Shown here piece after piece: positions 9,825-23,110 of a stretch of 64,000 nt of DNA. A program made the translations under genes and the position numbers. The stretch covers positions 39,857 through 103,856 of the forward strand of contig JAZAHK010000002.1 of NCBI GenBank assembly GCA_036231405.1. Direction: 5' to 3'. Each line of letters begins with the position of its first letter. The stretch's first letter is position 1. This DNA is from Nitrospinota bacterium. Lineage in GTDB: Bacteria; UBA8248. The notes beneath the pieces are model-generated. The model was not told the origin of the DNA and searched no databases. It saw only the letters and a list, made by a program, of their open reading frames with translations.

Positions 9825-11044
9825 TTGCCTATTTGTAGTTCAGATTTGCTCTTCAATTCTATACAGGATGAAAGAACGGTTGCCTTTGTAGATTTAGATG
9901 TTCTCCTTGACAATTATAATGTCTTGACCAAATCTTTTAAAGGAAAAGAGATTCTTTGTGTTGTCAAGAGTGAAGCTTATGGCCATGGTGCCATTGAAGT
10001 AAGCAGTCTGTTCCGTGAAGCTGGTGCTAATTGGTTTGGAGTTGCTAGTATTACTGAAGCAGAGATGCTTAGAAAAACATCTTTGCAACTCGAGAAAGGA
10101 AAGGAATTTCCACGAATATTGTTAATGAGTGATGCAACTCAGAGAAATGCAGAAAAAATTGTTTCGTTGAATTTAGATCCTGTAGTTTGGAACCACGAAC
10201 AATTAGCTTCTATCTCAAATTTTGCAAAATCAGAAGGTTTAGAAGTTCGAGCTCATTTAAAAGTGGATACGGGAATGAATCGATTAGGTATTCTCCCTAG
10301 TGATGTCCCTGATTTTCTCGCTAGTGTTAACCGATTTGAAGGTGTAGCCATCCATGGCCTTATGACTCATCTATCTTCCGCGGAAGACCCCACAGGAGTT
10401 GATTTTACAAACAGACAGTTCTCATCCATGAATTCTTTGGTAGTAAAACTGAAGGAGAGAGATTTATTGCCCCCTCTAATTCACTGTTCAAACAGTGCAG
10501 GAGGCAATAATTTTTCAGATTCTATTGGTTCTATCGTTAGGGCAGGTATTGGCTTGTATGGTGGGATAGAATTTGAGGGGATAGATCTCCGTCAGTCTAT
10601 TACATGGAAAACAAAGATATTGCAGATTAAAAACGTAGTTGCAGGTTCGCGAATTGGTTATGATCGGACTTATACAATGGAAAATAATGGAAAATTAGCA
10701 GTTGTGAGTGTAGGATACGGAGACGGTTTTTCAAGGTTGCTTTCTAATCGTGGCCGTGTTCTTTTGAAAGGAAAAAGTGTTCCTGTTGTTGGTAGGGTTT
10801 CCATGGATTTGACTATTCTAGATGTTTCTGAATTTGAAGATGAACTTGATTGCTCCGATGAAGTCATCTTACTTGGAGGAGAATCTAAAGAATTTATACA
10901 CGTTAAAGAATTAGCGGAGAGATGTGAGACAATATCTTATGAGATTTTTTGTGGAATTAGTTATAGGGTGCCAAGGGTTTTCTTGTCTGAAGGAAGAATC
11001 TTAGGAAAAAGAGTTATTGGTCAATATATAGTTGAGGAATACTT

Positions 11045-11048
<4 letters not shown>
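9825..11048 (+). CDS. alr: Alanine racemase
   Basis: VVKSEAYGHG (PLP Lys), HLKVDTGMNRLG, GYGDG, GRVSMD, TISYEI; exact start uncertain. Confidence 0.95.
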
Positions 11049-12936
<1,888 letters not shown>

Positions 12937-12987
12937 GATTTTCACAAGTGTATTTTTTGAAATTTTAAGCTTCCTTTCTTAATTTGC

Positions 12988-13016
12988 TTGACAAGTGGCA
13001 AGTGCTTTGTTACCAA
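12988..13016 (+). promoter_or_regulatory. Possible sigma70 promoter for yajC-secD-secF
   Basis: TTGACA(12988-12993)-17 nt-TACCAA with extended TG; -10 imperfect. Confidence 0.4.
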
Positions 13017-13054
13017 TCCTGATGCGCTAATTTACAGTGATATTGGAGGTTTTT

Positions 13055-13426
13055 ATGTGGGATTTAGTACATGCTTTGATTCTGGATAATTATGTTGTTC
13101 ATGCTATGGCAAGTGCTGGGGGTGAAGGTCAGGGAAATTTTCTTTTGCAAATGGCCCCCTTTGCTGCTGTGTTTGCAATAGTCTATTTTATTATGATAAG
13201 ACCTCAGCAAAAAAAACAAAAAGATCACCAAAACCTTCTTTCTTCAATTAAACCTGGAGATAAAATAGTGGCGAGTGGGATCTTTGGGGAAGTAATTAAA
13301 ATAAAAGAAAATATATTAACAGTTAAGGTTTCTGATGAACCAAAAGTTAATATACGTATAGGTTTAAATTTTGTCACTGAAGTTATTAACAAAAACGAGA
13401 ATTCTGATTCTTCAAAGGAAAAATAA
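13055..13426 (+). CDS. yajC: Preprotein translocase subunit YajC
   Basis: YFIMIRPQQKKQK, PGDKIV; tgt-yajC-secD-secF order; ATG 13055 follows GGAGG. Confidence 0.93.
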   Translation: MWDLVHALILDNYVVHAMASAGGEGQGNFLLQMAPFAAVFAIVYFIMIRPQQKKQKDHQNLLSSIKPGDKIVASGIFGEVIKIKENILTVKVSDEPKVNIRIGLNFVTEVINKNENSDSSKEK

Positions 13427-13479
13427 TAATCTAGTATTACTCCAGATATTAATTTGGCACTTTATAACTAGTTGGAGAC

Positions 13480-15036
13480 TTGTTGATGGGTGGTTTGCGT
13501 TGGAGATTAGGTGTTATTTTGTGTGTACTGCTTGGCACAGGGTATTTTATCTATCCTCCTCAAGAACGTATTAATTTAGGTCTTGATTTGCAAGGGGGTA
13601 TTCACCTTGTGTTGGAGGTTCAGTCTGAAAAGGCGGTAGAATCCAAGGTAGAAAGATACTATAACGATATTAAAAGTGCTTTGAAACAAAAGGATGTTAG
13701 GTTAAGGAAGATTGTAGCAAAGGGTAGAACTCTTAATATTCAAATACATAGGGAGAATGATAAAACTAGATTTCTAGAGTTTATGAAAGAATATCCTGAT
13801 TTTGTTACTACTAAAGTTGTAGGGAATCCTCCGGTTTTTTCATTCAAAATATCTGAAAAGAATGCCGAAAGAATAAAGGAACAGGCCGTTGAGCAGGCTC
13901 TAGAGACAATTAGAAATAGAATAGATCAATTTGGGGTCAGGGAGCCAACTCTTCAAAGACAGGGTGCTAAAAGAATCATAATTCAATTGCCTGGGGTAGA
14001 TGATCCTGCACGGGCAAAAGCACTCATAGGGAAGACAGCTCTTTTAGAATTTAAGATGGTAGATGAGACCAAAAATGTCTCTCAAGTAGTTGAATCTGGT
14101 GAAGTTCCTGAAGGATTCCAGTTGATTTATGATGTGAGAAGGGATTTAGGAACCGGGAGGACAGTTAAGGGAAGACCTTACCTCGTAAGACGTGAATCTA
14201 GTCTCACTGGAAACAGTCTCACTGATGCAAGAGCAACAATTGGAGATAGATTTAATGAACCTTATGTCAGCATAACCTTCGATAAGGCTGGTTCGGACAT
14301 CTTTGATCGTGTTACTTCAAACAATGTTGGCAGAAGACTTGCTATAGTTCTTGATGGAGTCGTTCATAGTGCTCCAACAATCCAAGAAAGAATAAGTCAA
14401 GGACAGGCTCAAATTACAGGTTCCTTTACTTTAGAAGAAGCAAGTGACCTTGCAATAACACTTCGTGCTGGTGCGCTGCCTGCTCCAGTAGATGTTTTAG
14501 AAGAGAGAAATGTAGGTCCTTCTCTTGGTAGTGATTCAATACAAAGTGGGATAATTAGTATAATAACAGGATTTGTTTTAGTCTTAATCTTCATGGCGGT
14601 TTACTATAAGCTTAGTGGATTAATTGCTATTTTAGCCTTGCTCCTCAACTTATTTATACTTTCCGGAGCATTGGGACTATTCGGAGCTACTTTAACACTT
14701 CCAGGTATCGCAGGAATAGTTTTGACTGTAGGTATGGCGGTAGACGCCAATGTACTTATTTTTGAAAGGATTCGTGAAGAACTTAGACTTGGAAAAACAG
14801 TTCGTTCCGCTATTGATTATGGTTTTGGTAAAGCTTTCTTAACTATTTTAGACGCTAATATTACCACTTTAATTGCTGCACTCGTACTGTTGCAGTTTGG
14901 AACTGGTCCTATAAAAGGTTTTGCAGTGACTCTTAGTATAGGAATAGTTGCAAGTATGTTTACCGCAATTTTCTGTACGCGATTCGTTTATGATTCTTTT
15001 CTTTCCTCTAAGGATGTCAGGAGTTTGAGTATTTAA
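13480..15036 (+). CDS. secD: Protein translocase subunit SecD
   Basis: NLGLDLQGG, RNRIDQFGV, LRAGALPAP, GMAVDANVLIFERIREE; start TTG 13480 or ATG 13486. Confidence 0.98.
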   Translation: MLMGGLRWRLGVILCVLLGTGYFIYPPQERINLGLDLQGGIHLVLEVQSEKAVESKVERYYNDIKSALKQKDVRLRKIVAKGRTLNIQIHRENDKTRFLEFMKEYPDFVTTKVVGNPPVFSFKISEKNAERIKEQAVEQALETIRNRIDQFGVREPTLQRQGAKRIIIQLPGVDDPARAKALIGKTALLEFKMVDETKNVSQVVESGEVPEGFQLIYDVRRDLGTGRTVKGRPYLVRRESSLTGNSLTDARATIGDRFNEPYVSITFDKAGSDIFDRVTSNNVGRRLAIVLDGVVHSAPTIQERISQGQAQITGSFTLEEASDLAITLRAGALPAPVDVLEERNVGPSLGSDSIQSGIISIITGFVLVLIFMAVYYKLSGLIAILALLLNLFILSGALGLFGATLTLPGIAGIVLTVGMAVDANVLIFERIREELRLGKTVRSAIDYGFGKAFLTILDANITTLIAALVLLQFGTGPIKGFAVTLSIGIVASMFTAIFCTRFVYDSFLSSKDVRSLSI

Positions 15037-15941
15037 TGGAGTTAATAAGACCAGACATTAATTTGGACTTTGTAGGAAAGAGAAAATTTTTTCTTATGCT
15101 CTCTACATTGTTGATTGCACTCTCTTTTCTTGTCCTTTTTTCTAAGGGAATTAATTACGGTATTGATTTTACGGGTGGGACCCTTGTTCAAGTACAATTT
15201 AAAAAGCAAATAGATATTTCAAAGTTAAGGTCGTCTTTAAAACCTCTTCCTTTAGGCGATACTGTCATACAAAATTTTGGTTCGGAAAAAGAATTTTTAA
15301 TTAGAGTTCAAAAAAGTTCTCGTTCTGTTAAGGGTTTAGAAAATAACATAAAAGTAGCTTTGGTAAATAATTTTGGGAAGGGTTCTTTTAAGATCAGAAG
15401 AACTGAAATGGTGGGCCCAAAAGTAGGTGCAGATCTTCGAAAAAAGGCTTTAAGTAGCATGTTTTTTGCTCTTATAGGAATATTGATTTATGTTAGTTTT
15501 AGGTTTAGATTCCGTCAGGCAATAGCTTCAGTGATAGCTCTTATCCATGATGTTTTAATTACTGTGGCAGTTTTTGCATTTTCCGGAAAAGAGTTTAGTC
15601 TTCCAATAGTTGCTGCTGTCTTAACAATAATTGGTTATTCTCTAAACGACACCATAGTTGTTTTTGACAGAATCAGAGAAAATTCTCTGAGGAGTAGACG
15701 TCAGGGATTCTCCGAAGTAGTCAATATGTCAATTAATCAGACACTTTCTAGGACTATTCTTACATCGGGGACGACTTTGGTTGCAGTGCTTGCCTTTCTT
15801 TTTCTTGGTGGAGAAATTATCTCGGACGTGGCATTTACCCTCGTAGTAGGAATTATAGCAGGTACATACTCTTCTATTTATGTCGCGAGTTCTTTTTTGC
15901 TGGTTTCATACCGAAGTGGAGAAAAACAGAAAAAGAAATAA
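15036..15941 (+). CDS. secF: Protein translocase subunit SecF
   Basis: GIDFTGG, GYSLNDTIVVFDRIRE, QTLSRTILTS, GTYSSIYVA. Confidence 0.98.
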   Translation: MELIRPDINLDFVGKRKFFLMLSTLLIALSFLVLFSKGINYGIDFTGGTLVQVQFKKQIDISKLRSSLKPLPLGDTVIQNFGSEKEFLIRVQKSSRSVKGLENNIKVALVNNFGKGSFKIRRTEMVGPKVGADLRKKALSSMFFALIGILIYVSFRFRFRQAIASVIALIHDVLITVAVFAFSGKEFSLPIVAAVLTIIGYSLNDTIVVFDRIRENSLRSRRQGFSEVVNMSINQTLSRTILTSGTTLVAVLAFLFLGGEIISDVAFTLVVGIIAGTYSSIYVASSFLLVSYRSGEKQKKK

Positions 15942-15945
15942 TTTC

Positions 15946-17169
15946 TTATTCACTACCTTTATGTTTTAATTCACTGTTGGTTTTGATTCGAAGTGCGTTC
16001 AAGTTAATGAAACCTTCCGCATCTTTCTGAGAGTAAACTGAATCTTTTTCAAATGTGGCTAAATCTTCCCTGTATAGATTGTATTCTGATGGAGCTTTTC
16101 TTCCCACAGTTCTGCATAATCCTTTAAAAAGCTTTACCTTGGCTGTGCCGAAAACAGAAAGCATGGAATTATCAATAGAGGCTTGTAAGAATTTCCTTTC
16201 AGGGGAATACCAGAAACCATTATAAACTAATTTTGCATATTCTGGCATTAACGAATTCTTCAAATGGATAACTTCTTTGTCTAAAGTTAAAGACTCTACG
16301 GCTTTTTTCGCTTCGTGGAGTACTGTGCCTCCAGGCGTTTCGTATACACCTCTACTCTTCATGCCGATGAATCTATTTTCTACTATATCAACCCTACCAA
16401 TTCCGTTTTCACCAGCAATATTGTTTAGATTTGTAAGAAGTTCTAACGGAGACATCTTCATTCCGTCCAATTCAACCGGATTCCCTTCTTCGTAGGTTAT
16501 GTCAACGTAAGATGGGGTGTCAGGGGTATCTTCGATTGATTTGGTTAATCTATACATATCTTCTGGTGGTTCTACCCAAGGGTCTTCAAGAATTCCGCCC
16601 TCGAAGCTGATATGAAATAGGTTCCTATCAGTCGAAAACGGCTTTTCATTGCTTACAGGAATAGGAATTTTATGTTTTTTTGCGAAATCAATGAGCTCAG
16701 TTCTTCCTCCAAATTCCCACTCTCTCCAAGGCGAGAGAACTTTCAATGAAGGGTTAAATGCAGCGTAAGTCAGTTCGAATCGAATCTGATCGTTTCCCTT
16801 GCCAGTTGCACCATGGGCAACAGTGTCTGCCCCCGTTTTTTTTGCGATTTCCACTTGTCCTTTTGCTATTATAGGTCTAGCTATAGAAGTTCCAAGGAGA
16901 TAGGAATTTTCATAAATTGCACCTGCTCTCAATATTGGGAAAATGAAATCCGAAGCAAATTCTTCTTTCAAATCGAGAATATGACATTCTTCTGCTCCAG
17001 TTTCTAATGCCTTTTTTTCTAATCCTTTTAGTTCTTCATCTCCTTGCCCAACATTTGCAGCATATGCAACAATTGGACAATTGTATGTTTCTTTTATCCA
17101 TTTGAGCATTACTGATGTGTCTAGGCCACCAGAATAGGCAAGAACAACTTTATTCGGTTTTAAATTCAT
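15946..17169 (-). CDS. argG: Argininosuccinate synthase
   Basis: LAYSGGLDTS, HGATGKGNDQ, KSRGVYETPG. Confidence 0.98.
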   Translation of the reverse strand: MNLKPNKVVLAYSGGLDTSVMLKWIKETYNCPIVAYAANVGQGDEELKGLEKKALETGAEECHILDLKEEFASDFIFPILRAGAIYENSYLLGTSIARPIIAKGQVEIAKKTGADTVAHGATGKGNDQIRFELTYAAFNPSLKVLSPWREWEFGGRTELIDFAKKHKIPIPVSNEKPFSTDRNLFHISFEGGILEDPWVEPPEDMYRLTKSIEDTPDTPSYVDITYEEGNPVELDGMKMSPLELLTNLNNIAGENGIGRVDIVENRFIGMKSRGVYETPGGTVLHEAKKAVESLTLDKEVIHLKNSLMPEYAKLVYNGFWYSPERKFLQASIDNSMLSVFGTAKVKLFKGLCRTVGRKAPSEYNLYREDLATFEKDSVYSQKDAEGFINLNALRIKTNSELKHKGSE

Positions 17170-17171
17170 GA

Positions 17172-18098
17172 TTATGTCCCGAGCAAAAATTTAAGTAGTG
17201 TCTTTTGACAATGCATTCTATTTTCTGCTTGTTTATACACAATACTTCTTTTCCCATCTAATACGGTACTTGTTACTTCTTCTCCGCGGTGAGCAGGTAA
17301 ACAATGCATGAAAACAGCATCCTTCTGCGTGATTTTAAACAATTCTTCATCAACCTGATATGGTGATAGTAATTTTGTTCGAATTTTTTTTTCTTCCTCA
17401 TCTCCCATAGATACCCATACATCCGTATATATTGCTACCGCATCGCGGCAGACAGTATCAATATCATCAGAAATTTTAATTTCTGAACCCGTAGATTTTC
17501 CTATTTTTATTGCTTGTTTTACGACATTTTGATTAGGAAACAATTTCGGTGGACAAGCTGCATGTATGTTTATCCCAAGCATTGCTCCCAAAACAAGAAG
17601 TGAATGTAAAACATTGTTCCCGTCTCCTAAGTAGCTTATTTTTAACCCTTTAAGATCTCCAAATTCCTCTTTTAAAGTCATGTAATCAGCAAGTGCTTGA
17701 CAAGGATGGTAAAGGTCGGTTAATCCGTTTATAATGGGAATTGTAGAATTTAAAGCCAGTTTTTCAATGGTCCCATGATTGAATGTTCTCACTACAATTG
17801 CGTCTAGGTATAAACTAAGCACTCTCGCAGTGTCTGCGACTGATTCTCCTCTAGATAACTGTGTCTCATTTTGAGTGAGAAAGATTGTGTTCCCAGCAAG
17901 CTGATAGACACCGCTTTCAAAAGATACACGAGTCCTTGTAGATTGTTTTTCAAAAAGAAGACCAATAGTCTTATCTTTTAGTGCCAAATCGGATCCACCA
18001 TTTTTAAAAAATTCTTTTTCTTGTATTGATGAATCTATTAAATTTGACAATTCTTCTGGTTTTAATTCGTCTCCAATAAGAAAGTCTTGGTTCTTCAC
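17172..18098 (-). CDS. argF: Ornithine carbamoyltransferase
   Basis: STRTR, HPCQ, DVWVSMG, HCLP. Confidence 0.97.
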   Translation of the reverse strand: MKNQDFLIGDELKPEELSNLIDSSIQEKEFFKNGGSDLALKDKTIGLLFEKQSTRTRVSFESGVYQLAGNTIFLTQNETQLSRGESVADTARVLSLYLDAIVVRTFNHGTIEKLALNSTIPIINGLTDLYHPCQALADYMTLKEEFGDLKGLKISYLGDGNNVLHSLLVLGAMLGINIHAACPPKLFPNQNVVKQAIKIGKSTGSEIKISDDIDTVCRDAVAIYTDVWVSMGDEEEKKIRTKLLSPYQVDEELFKITQKDAVFMHCLPAHRGEEVTSTVLDGKRSIVYKQAENRMHCQKTLLKFLLGT

Positions 18099-18099
18099 T

Positions 18100-19287
18100 C
18101 TACAATTCCTTAAGGCTAGTGTCTAAAAATTCAACAAAAATATCTATCATTTCTTTTTCTACTATTAAGGGAGGTAATAGGCGTACTATATTTCCTAATG
18201 CAACGTTCAGTAGAATGCCATTGTCAATACCTTTAAGGACAATAGAACTTACATCTTGATCTATCTCACATCCGATAATAAGTCCTTTTCCTCGAACCTC
18301 TTCAACAATAGAGTGTTTATCCGCAACTACTTTTAGTTGTGCTAAAGCGTATTTTCCCATTTCTGTAACGTGATTCAAAAAACCTTCTGAAACTATGACA
18401 TCTAAAGCAGCGCAACCAGCAGCGGAAGCGAGAGGATTCCCACCAAAAGTAGAAGCATGATCTCCAGGTTCAAATGCCATTGCTGAATTTGATGAAATCA
18501 AAGCTCCTATTGCTGTTCCCCCCGCTAAACCTTTAGCAACGCTCATGATATCTGGTTCGATTCCGTAATTTTCGTGAGCCCAAAGCTTTCCCGTTCTTCC
18601 CATGCCAACTTGAACTTCGTCGAATATAAGTAGCAGTTCATTGTCGTCACATATTCGTCTTAAATCACTTAAGAAATTATCTGGAGGAACATTTACTCCT
18701 CCTTCCCCTTGTATTGGTTCCACCAAAATGGCACATGTTTTTTTCGACAACAACTTCTCAACTTCTTCTATATTTCCAAATTCTGCATATTGAAAACCGT
18801 CAAGAAGAGGAGAGAATCCTTTGTGGTATTTGTCTTGTCCGGTTGCAGTGAGTGACGCCATTGTTCGGCCATGAAAGCTCATTTTGAATGAAATTATTTC
18901 ATGACGGTCTTCTCCAAAATTTTTAAAAGAAAATTTTCTTGCAAGTTTAATTGCGGATTCCACTGCTTCCGTCCCGCTATTACAAAAAAACACTTTTTCT
19001 CCGAAAGAGTGTTTACAAAGTTTTTCTGCAAGGTGAATTTGTGGCTCTATATGGTATAGATTCGAAACATGAAGAAGTTTCTCTGCTTGGTCCTTTAATG
19101 CTTCAACAACTTTTGGATGACAATGTCCTAGATTGCAAACAGCTAATCCAGAAACAAAATCTAAATATTTTTTTCCATCGGAATCCCAGACGTGGCAACC
19201 TTCACCTTTGGTTAAAGCTAGATTGTATCTTCCATATGTAGGAGCTACGTAATTTGAAGCAGTAGAAATGATATCTTGATTATTCAT
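18100..19287 (-). CDS. argD: Acetylornithine aminotransferase
   Basis: NSGTEA, SFHGRT, EPIQGEGG, DEVQ, AKGL, STFGGNP; arg context. Confidence 0.95.
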   Translation of the reverse strand: MNNQDIISTASNYVAPTYGRYNLALTKGEGCHVWDSDGKKYLDFVSGLAVCNLGHCHPKVVEALKDQAEKLLHVSNLYHIEPQIHLAEKLCKHSFGEKVFFCNSGTEAVESAIKLARKFSFKNFGEDRHEIISFKMSFHGRTMASLTATGQDKYHKGFSPLLDGFQYAEFGNIEEVEKLLSKKTCAILVEPIQGEGGVNVPPDNFLSDLRRICDDNELLLIFDEVQVGMGRTGKLWAHENYGIEPDIMSVAKGLAGGTAIGALISSNSAMAFEPGDHASTFGGNPLASAAGCAALDVIVSEGFLNHVTEMGKYALAQLKVVADKHSIVEEVRGKGLIIGCEIDQDVSSIVLKGIDNGILLNVALGNIVRLLPPLIVEKEMIDIFVEFLDTSLKEL

Positions 19288-19305
19288 AAGATGAGCCTTT
19301 TTATT

Positions 19306-20178
19306 TTAATTTATAATTTCTGTGCCGACTCCTTCATCAGTGAATACTTCTAGTAGAAGAGCATGAGGGGTTCTCCCATCTATTATATGCGTTTTTTTTA
19401 CTCCACATGAAAGTGCATCGAGGCACGCTCTAGTCTTAGGGATCATTCCGCCTTCTATCACTTTTTCTTCTTGCAATTTCTGTACCTTGTCCTTGTTGAT
19501 TGATCCTATTAATGTTCCATTTTTGTCCAGAATACCTTCAACATCAGTTAGCAGGATAAATTTTTCAGCCTCTAAAGAACCGGCAATAGCTCCAGCAGCT
19601 TCATCTGCATTAATATTAAAAACATTTCCTTCCTCATCTACTCCCAAGGGTGCAATCACAGGGATGTAGTCTCCTGCTGTAAGATAATGAATTATTTGAG
19701 GGTTAATTTTGTTCACTTTTCCAACCCTACCTAAGTCAATTTCTTGTTTTTTGCCATTACTCTCTTTTGTCAGTGTAATTTTCATGGCTTTTGTAAGTCC
19801 GGCATCCGAACCTGATAAACCTACAGCTTTACCCCCTTGTTGATTAATGAGCCTGACTATGCTTTTGTTAGTTGACCCTGACAAAACCATTTCTACTATG
19901 TTAAGAGTTTCTTCGTCTGTGACTCTAAGTCCTTCTATGAATTCACTTGTTTTCCCTAATTTTTCTAAAGTTTCAGCTATCTGAGGACCTCCACCGTGTA
20001 CTATTACTACATTGATTCCAATGAATTTAAGTAAGACAACGTCTTCTGCGAATAATTTATTTAACCCAGTTTCAGTTTGCGCAGAACCTCCGTACTTAAT
20101 GACAATTGTTTTGCCAGAAAATTTTTTGATATATGGTAGAGCCTCAATTAAAGTAGACGCAGACCCTTTTTTTGTCAT
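19306..20178 (-). CDS. argB: Acetylglutamate kinase
   Basis: EALPYI, VIKYGG, VHGGGP, NINAD, GGMIPK. Confidence 0.97.
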   Translation of the reverse strand: MTKKGSASTLIEALPYIKKFSGKTIVIKYGGSAQTETGLNKLFAEDVVLLKFIGINVVIVHGGGPQIAETLEKLGKTSEFIEGLRVTDEETLNIVEMVLSGSTNKSIVRLINQQGGKAVGLSGSDAGLTKAMKITLTKESNGKKQEIDLGRVGKVNKINPQIIHYLTAGDYIPVIAPLGVDEEGNVFNINADEAAGAIAGSLEAEKFILLTDVEGILDKNGTLIGSINKDKVQKLQEEKVIEGGMIPKTRACLDALSCGVKKTHIIDGRTPHALLLEVFTDEGVGTEIIN

Positions 20179-20246
20179 GATAAATCCCTCTAAAACAAAT
20201 AAAAAGCAGAGCTATTATTTCTAAGAAAACAGAAAACTGAATGTTT

Positions 20247-21605
20247 TTATAGTATATATCTTGTTAAGTCAATGTTTTCAGCAATTTCAGAGATAGCTTT
20301 TTCAACATAAGGTTTGTCTATGGTTATAGTTTTTTTTTCTAATTCGGGAGCATTGAAAGAGATATCCTCTATAAGGCGTTCCATAATCGTATGTAATCTT
20401 CTTGCACCTATGTTTTCATTTTGCTCATTAATTTTGCATGCAAAATCGGCAATTCCATCTATTGAGTCGTCTGAAAAAGAAAGAGTAATTCCTTCCGTTT
20501 CAAGAAGTGCGATGTATTGCCTGATTAAAGCGTTGCGTGGTTCTTTAAGAATACGAATGAAATCGTCCTTTTCGAGTGAACTTAATTCTACACGAATAGG
20601 AAATCTCCCTTGAAGTTCGGGAAGAAGGTCGGATGGTTTGGAAATGTGAAATGCTCCAGCTGCAATAAAAAGTATATGATCAGTTTTTACAGGACCATAT
20701 TTTGTTTGAACTGTAGAACCTTCAACAATTGGGAGTAAATCTCTTTGGACACCTTCTCTAGAAACATCTGGACTCTGATTACTGTTTCCGCCTGATGCTA
20801 CTTTATCGATTTCATCAAGGAAAACAATTCCTGCCTGTTCTGTCCTATTAATAGCTTCTTGATTTACATTTTCAGGGTCAATTAATTTATCAGCTTCTTC
20901 TTGCGCTAACACCTCGAACGCCTCAGGGACTTTAATGCGACGTTTTTTCGGCTTTGAAGGCATCAGTCCACCCATTATATCTTTGATATTCATTCCTAAC
21001 TGTTCGAGATCGTTCCCAGCCATTAAGTGTATTTCGGGGCTTTTTTCAGAGACCTCAATTTCTACCTCTCTGTCGTCAAGTTTGCCATCCAAAAGTAGTT
21101 TATGAAATTTCTCTCTTGTTCTTTTGTAAGACTCTTCCCCTAGTGGATCCTTTGTTTGTCCTCTCTCGTCAACATCTCCAAAACCAGTGGGTTTTGGGAG
21201 TAAAAGATCTAAGAGTCTTTCTTCTGCATTTTCTTGTGCGGTGGCTTTGTTAAGTTCTCTTTGCTCTTCTTGTACTATGTTCCTGGATAATTCTGTTAGG
21301 TCTCTAATGATGCTCTCGACATCTCTCCCTACATATCCAACTTCCGTGAATTTGCTAGCTTCTATTTTTATAAATGGACTTTTAGTTAAGCGAGCTAGTC
21401 TCCTAGCAATTTCTGTTTTTCCAACTCCAGTTGGACCTATCATAATGATATTCTTGGGAGCGACGTCGTCTCTCATATCTGAAGAAAGTTGTTGTCTTCT
21501 CCAGCGATTTCTTAACGCAATTGAGACAGCTCTTTTAGCTTCACTTTGTCCAATAACGTATTTATCTAGTTCTTTTACAATCTGGGATGGTGTTAGATTT
21601 TCCAT
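20247..21605 (-). CDS. hslU: ATP-dependent protease ATPase subunit HslU
   Basis: [34 protein letters not shown]-terminal RYIL. Confidence 0.98.
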   Translation of the reverse strand: MENLTPSQIVKELDKYVIGQSEAKRAVSIALRNRWRRQQLSSDMRDDVAPKNIIMIGPTGVGKTEIARRLARLTKSPFIKIEASKFTEVGYVGRDVESIIRDLTELSRNIVQEEQRELNKATAQENAEERLLDLLLPKPTGFGDVDERGQTKDPLGEESYKRTREKFHKLLLDGKLDDREVEIEVSEKSPEIHLMAGNDLEQLGMNIKDIMGGLMPSKPKKRRIKVPEAFEVLAQEEADKLIDPENVNQEAINRTEQAGIVFLDEIDKVASGGNSNQSPDVSREGVQRDLLPIVEGSTVQTKYGPVKTDHILFIAAGAFHISKPSDLLPELQGRFPIRVELSSLEKDDFIRILKEPRNALIRQYIALLETEGITLSFSDDSIDGIADFACKINEQNENIGARRLHTIMERLIEDISFNAPELEKKTITIDKPYVEKAISEIAENIDLTRYIL

Positions 21606-22153
21606 TAAAGAGTTTCCACGGAGATGTTGCTATTTGTGTAAATACATATCTCGGATGTGATTTGAAGAGCTCGTTTGACAATTTCCTCTGCAGAAATACT
21701 TGGCTCTAAACTCATCATTCCTCTTGCCGCAGACATCGCAATAGTGCCTCCACTTCCTATTCCAATGATGCCGTCATCAGGTTCAATTATATCGCCAGTG
21801 CCGGATAATATTAAACTTTTCTCCTCGTCAATAACTGCTAAAAGAGCTTCTAATCTTCTTAAAATTCTATCCGTTCTCCAATCTTTACCCAATTCCACGG
21901 CAGCACGCGATAGTTGGCCATCATATTCTTCTAATTTTGCCTCAAATTTCTCAAATAGAGTTATAGCATCAGAAGCCGAACCTGCAAATCCAGCAAGTAT
22001 TTTACCTGTGGAGAGTCTCCTGATTTTTTTTGCAGAATGCTTGACAATGGAATCTCCCATAGTTACTTGTCCGTCACCCCCAATGACAGTTTGCCCATTG
22101 TGCCTTAGGGCTAAGATAGTAGTAGAACGGATAACTTGTTTTTCATTTTTCAT
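21605..22153 (-). CDS. hslV: ATP-dependent protease peptidase subunit HslV
   Basis: Short leader then TTILA, GDGQVT, GFAGS, GSGG, CIYTN. Confidence 0.97.
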   Translation of the reverse strand: MKNEKQVIRSTTILALRHNGQTVIGGDGQVTMGDSIVKHSAKKIRRLSTGKILAGFAGSASDAITLFEKFEAKLEEYDGQLSRAAVELGKDWRTDRILRRLEALLAVIDEEKSLILSGTGDIIEPDDGIIGIGSGGTIAMSAARGMMSLEPSISAEEIVKRALQITSEICIYTNSNISVETL

Positions 22154-23110
22154 TTAGGATCCTTTTGATAAGTTTCTATTTTTTCTTGTTTTTGCCCTTG
22201 GGTGAGAACGGTCATACACTTTTTGTAATTGTTGAAAGTTTACCTGTGTGTAAATTTGAGTTGTAGAAAGACTTGAATGTCCTAGCAATTTTTGTATTGT
22301 TCTGAGATCAGTATTATTTTCCATTAAATGTGTAGCAGTACTATGACGCAGAGAGTGTGGTGTGAATACATAGCCAAAATCTCCTTTGATTCTATATTTT
22401 TTTAGAATTCGTCTGACACTTTCTGGAGACATTCTATTGCCTCTCGTGTTAATAAGTAAAGGAAAACTAGTAGTATTTCTAAAATTCCTATCATGACCTA
22501 AATGTTTCACTATAGATTCCTTAGCTCTTCTAGTTATTGGGACTATTCTTTCTTTTTTCCCTTTTCCTTTAACGTGAATCATTCTATTTTCGATGTCTAT
22601 ATCGCCTGAGTTTAGTTGTGTTAATTCGCTTACTCTCAGTCCAGTGCCATATAGTATTTCTAAGATTATACTGTCTCTCAATCCTTCTTTTGAAGTAGTA
22701 TCCACCATATCCATCAATTGGACTGCATCATCAACAGGAAGAAAAGATGGTAATTTCTTCTTTTTTTTCGGGAGTTCAATGTTGTCTGTAGGATTCAATT
22801 TAATCTTGCCTTGTTTCTGCAAGAAAAGGTAAAAACTCCTTAGGCTAGCGATATGACGATTGGAAGTTGTAGCACTAATTCTTCGCTTATGTAATTCTGT
22901 TAAATAACTCCTTATGGTTAATTTGTCAACTAATAGGAAGTCTGGTTTCTTCTTGTTTAAAAATTTACATAGGAAATTTTTAAAGCTGGATAGATCATTT
23001 GAATACGCCCTTATTGTATGAGATGAATATCCCATCTCGACGGACATTTTTTTCTTGAACGCTTGTATTAGTGTATCTATATCTTGCACAGTAATTTTTC
23101 CTCTTTCCAT
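22154..23110 (-). CDS. xerC: Tyrosine recombinase XerC
   Basis: Full catalytic set GLRVSEL, GKGKKER, HSLRH, LGH, TQIY; trmFO-xerC-hslV context; start may be slightly downstream. Confidence 0.9.
   Translation of the reverse strand: MERGKITVQDIDTLIQAFKKKMSVEMGYSSHTIRAYSNDLSSFKNFLCKFLNKKKPDFLLVDKLTIRSYLTELHKRRISATTSNRHIASLRSFYLFLQKQGKIKLNPTDNIELPKKKKKLPSFLPVDDAVQLMDMVDTTSKEGLRDSIILEILYGTGLRVSELTQLNSGDIDIENRMIHVKGKGKKERIVPITRRAKESIVKHLGHDRNFRNTTSFPLLINTRGNRMSPESVRRILKKYRIKGDFGYVFTPHSLRHSTATHLMENNTDLRTIQKLLGHSSLSTTQIYTQVNFQQLQKVYDRSHPRAKTRKNRNLSKGS

Noticed and set aside
22154-23110. Tyrosine recombinase as a phage/island integrase
   Set aside because: XerC-like sequence in the conserved topA-trmFO-xerC-hslVU context; no att sites, tRNA or cargo.
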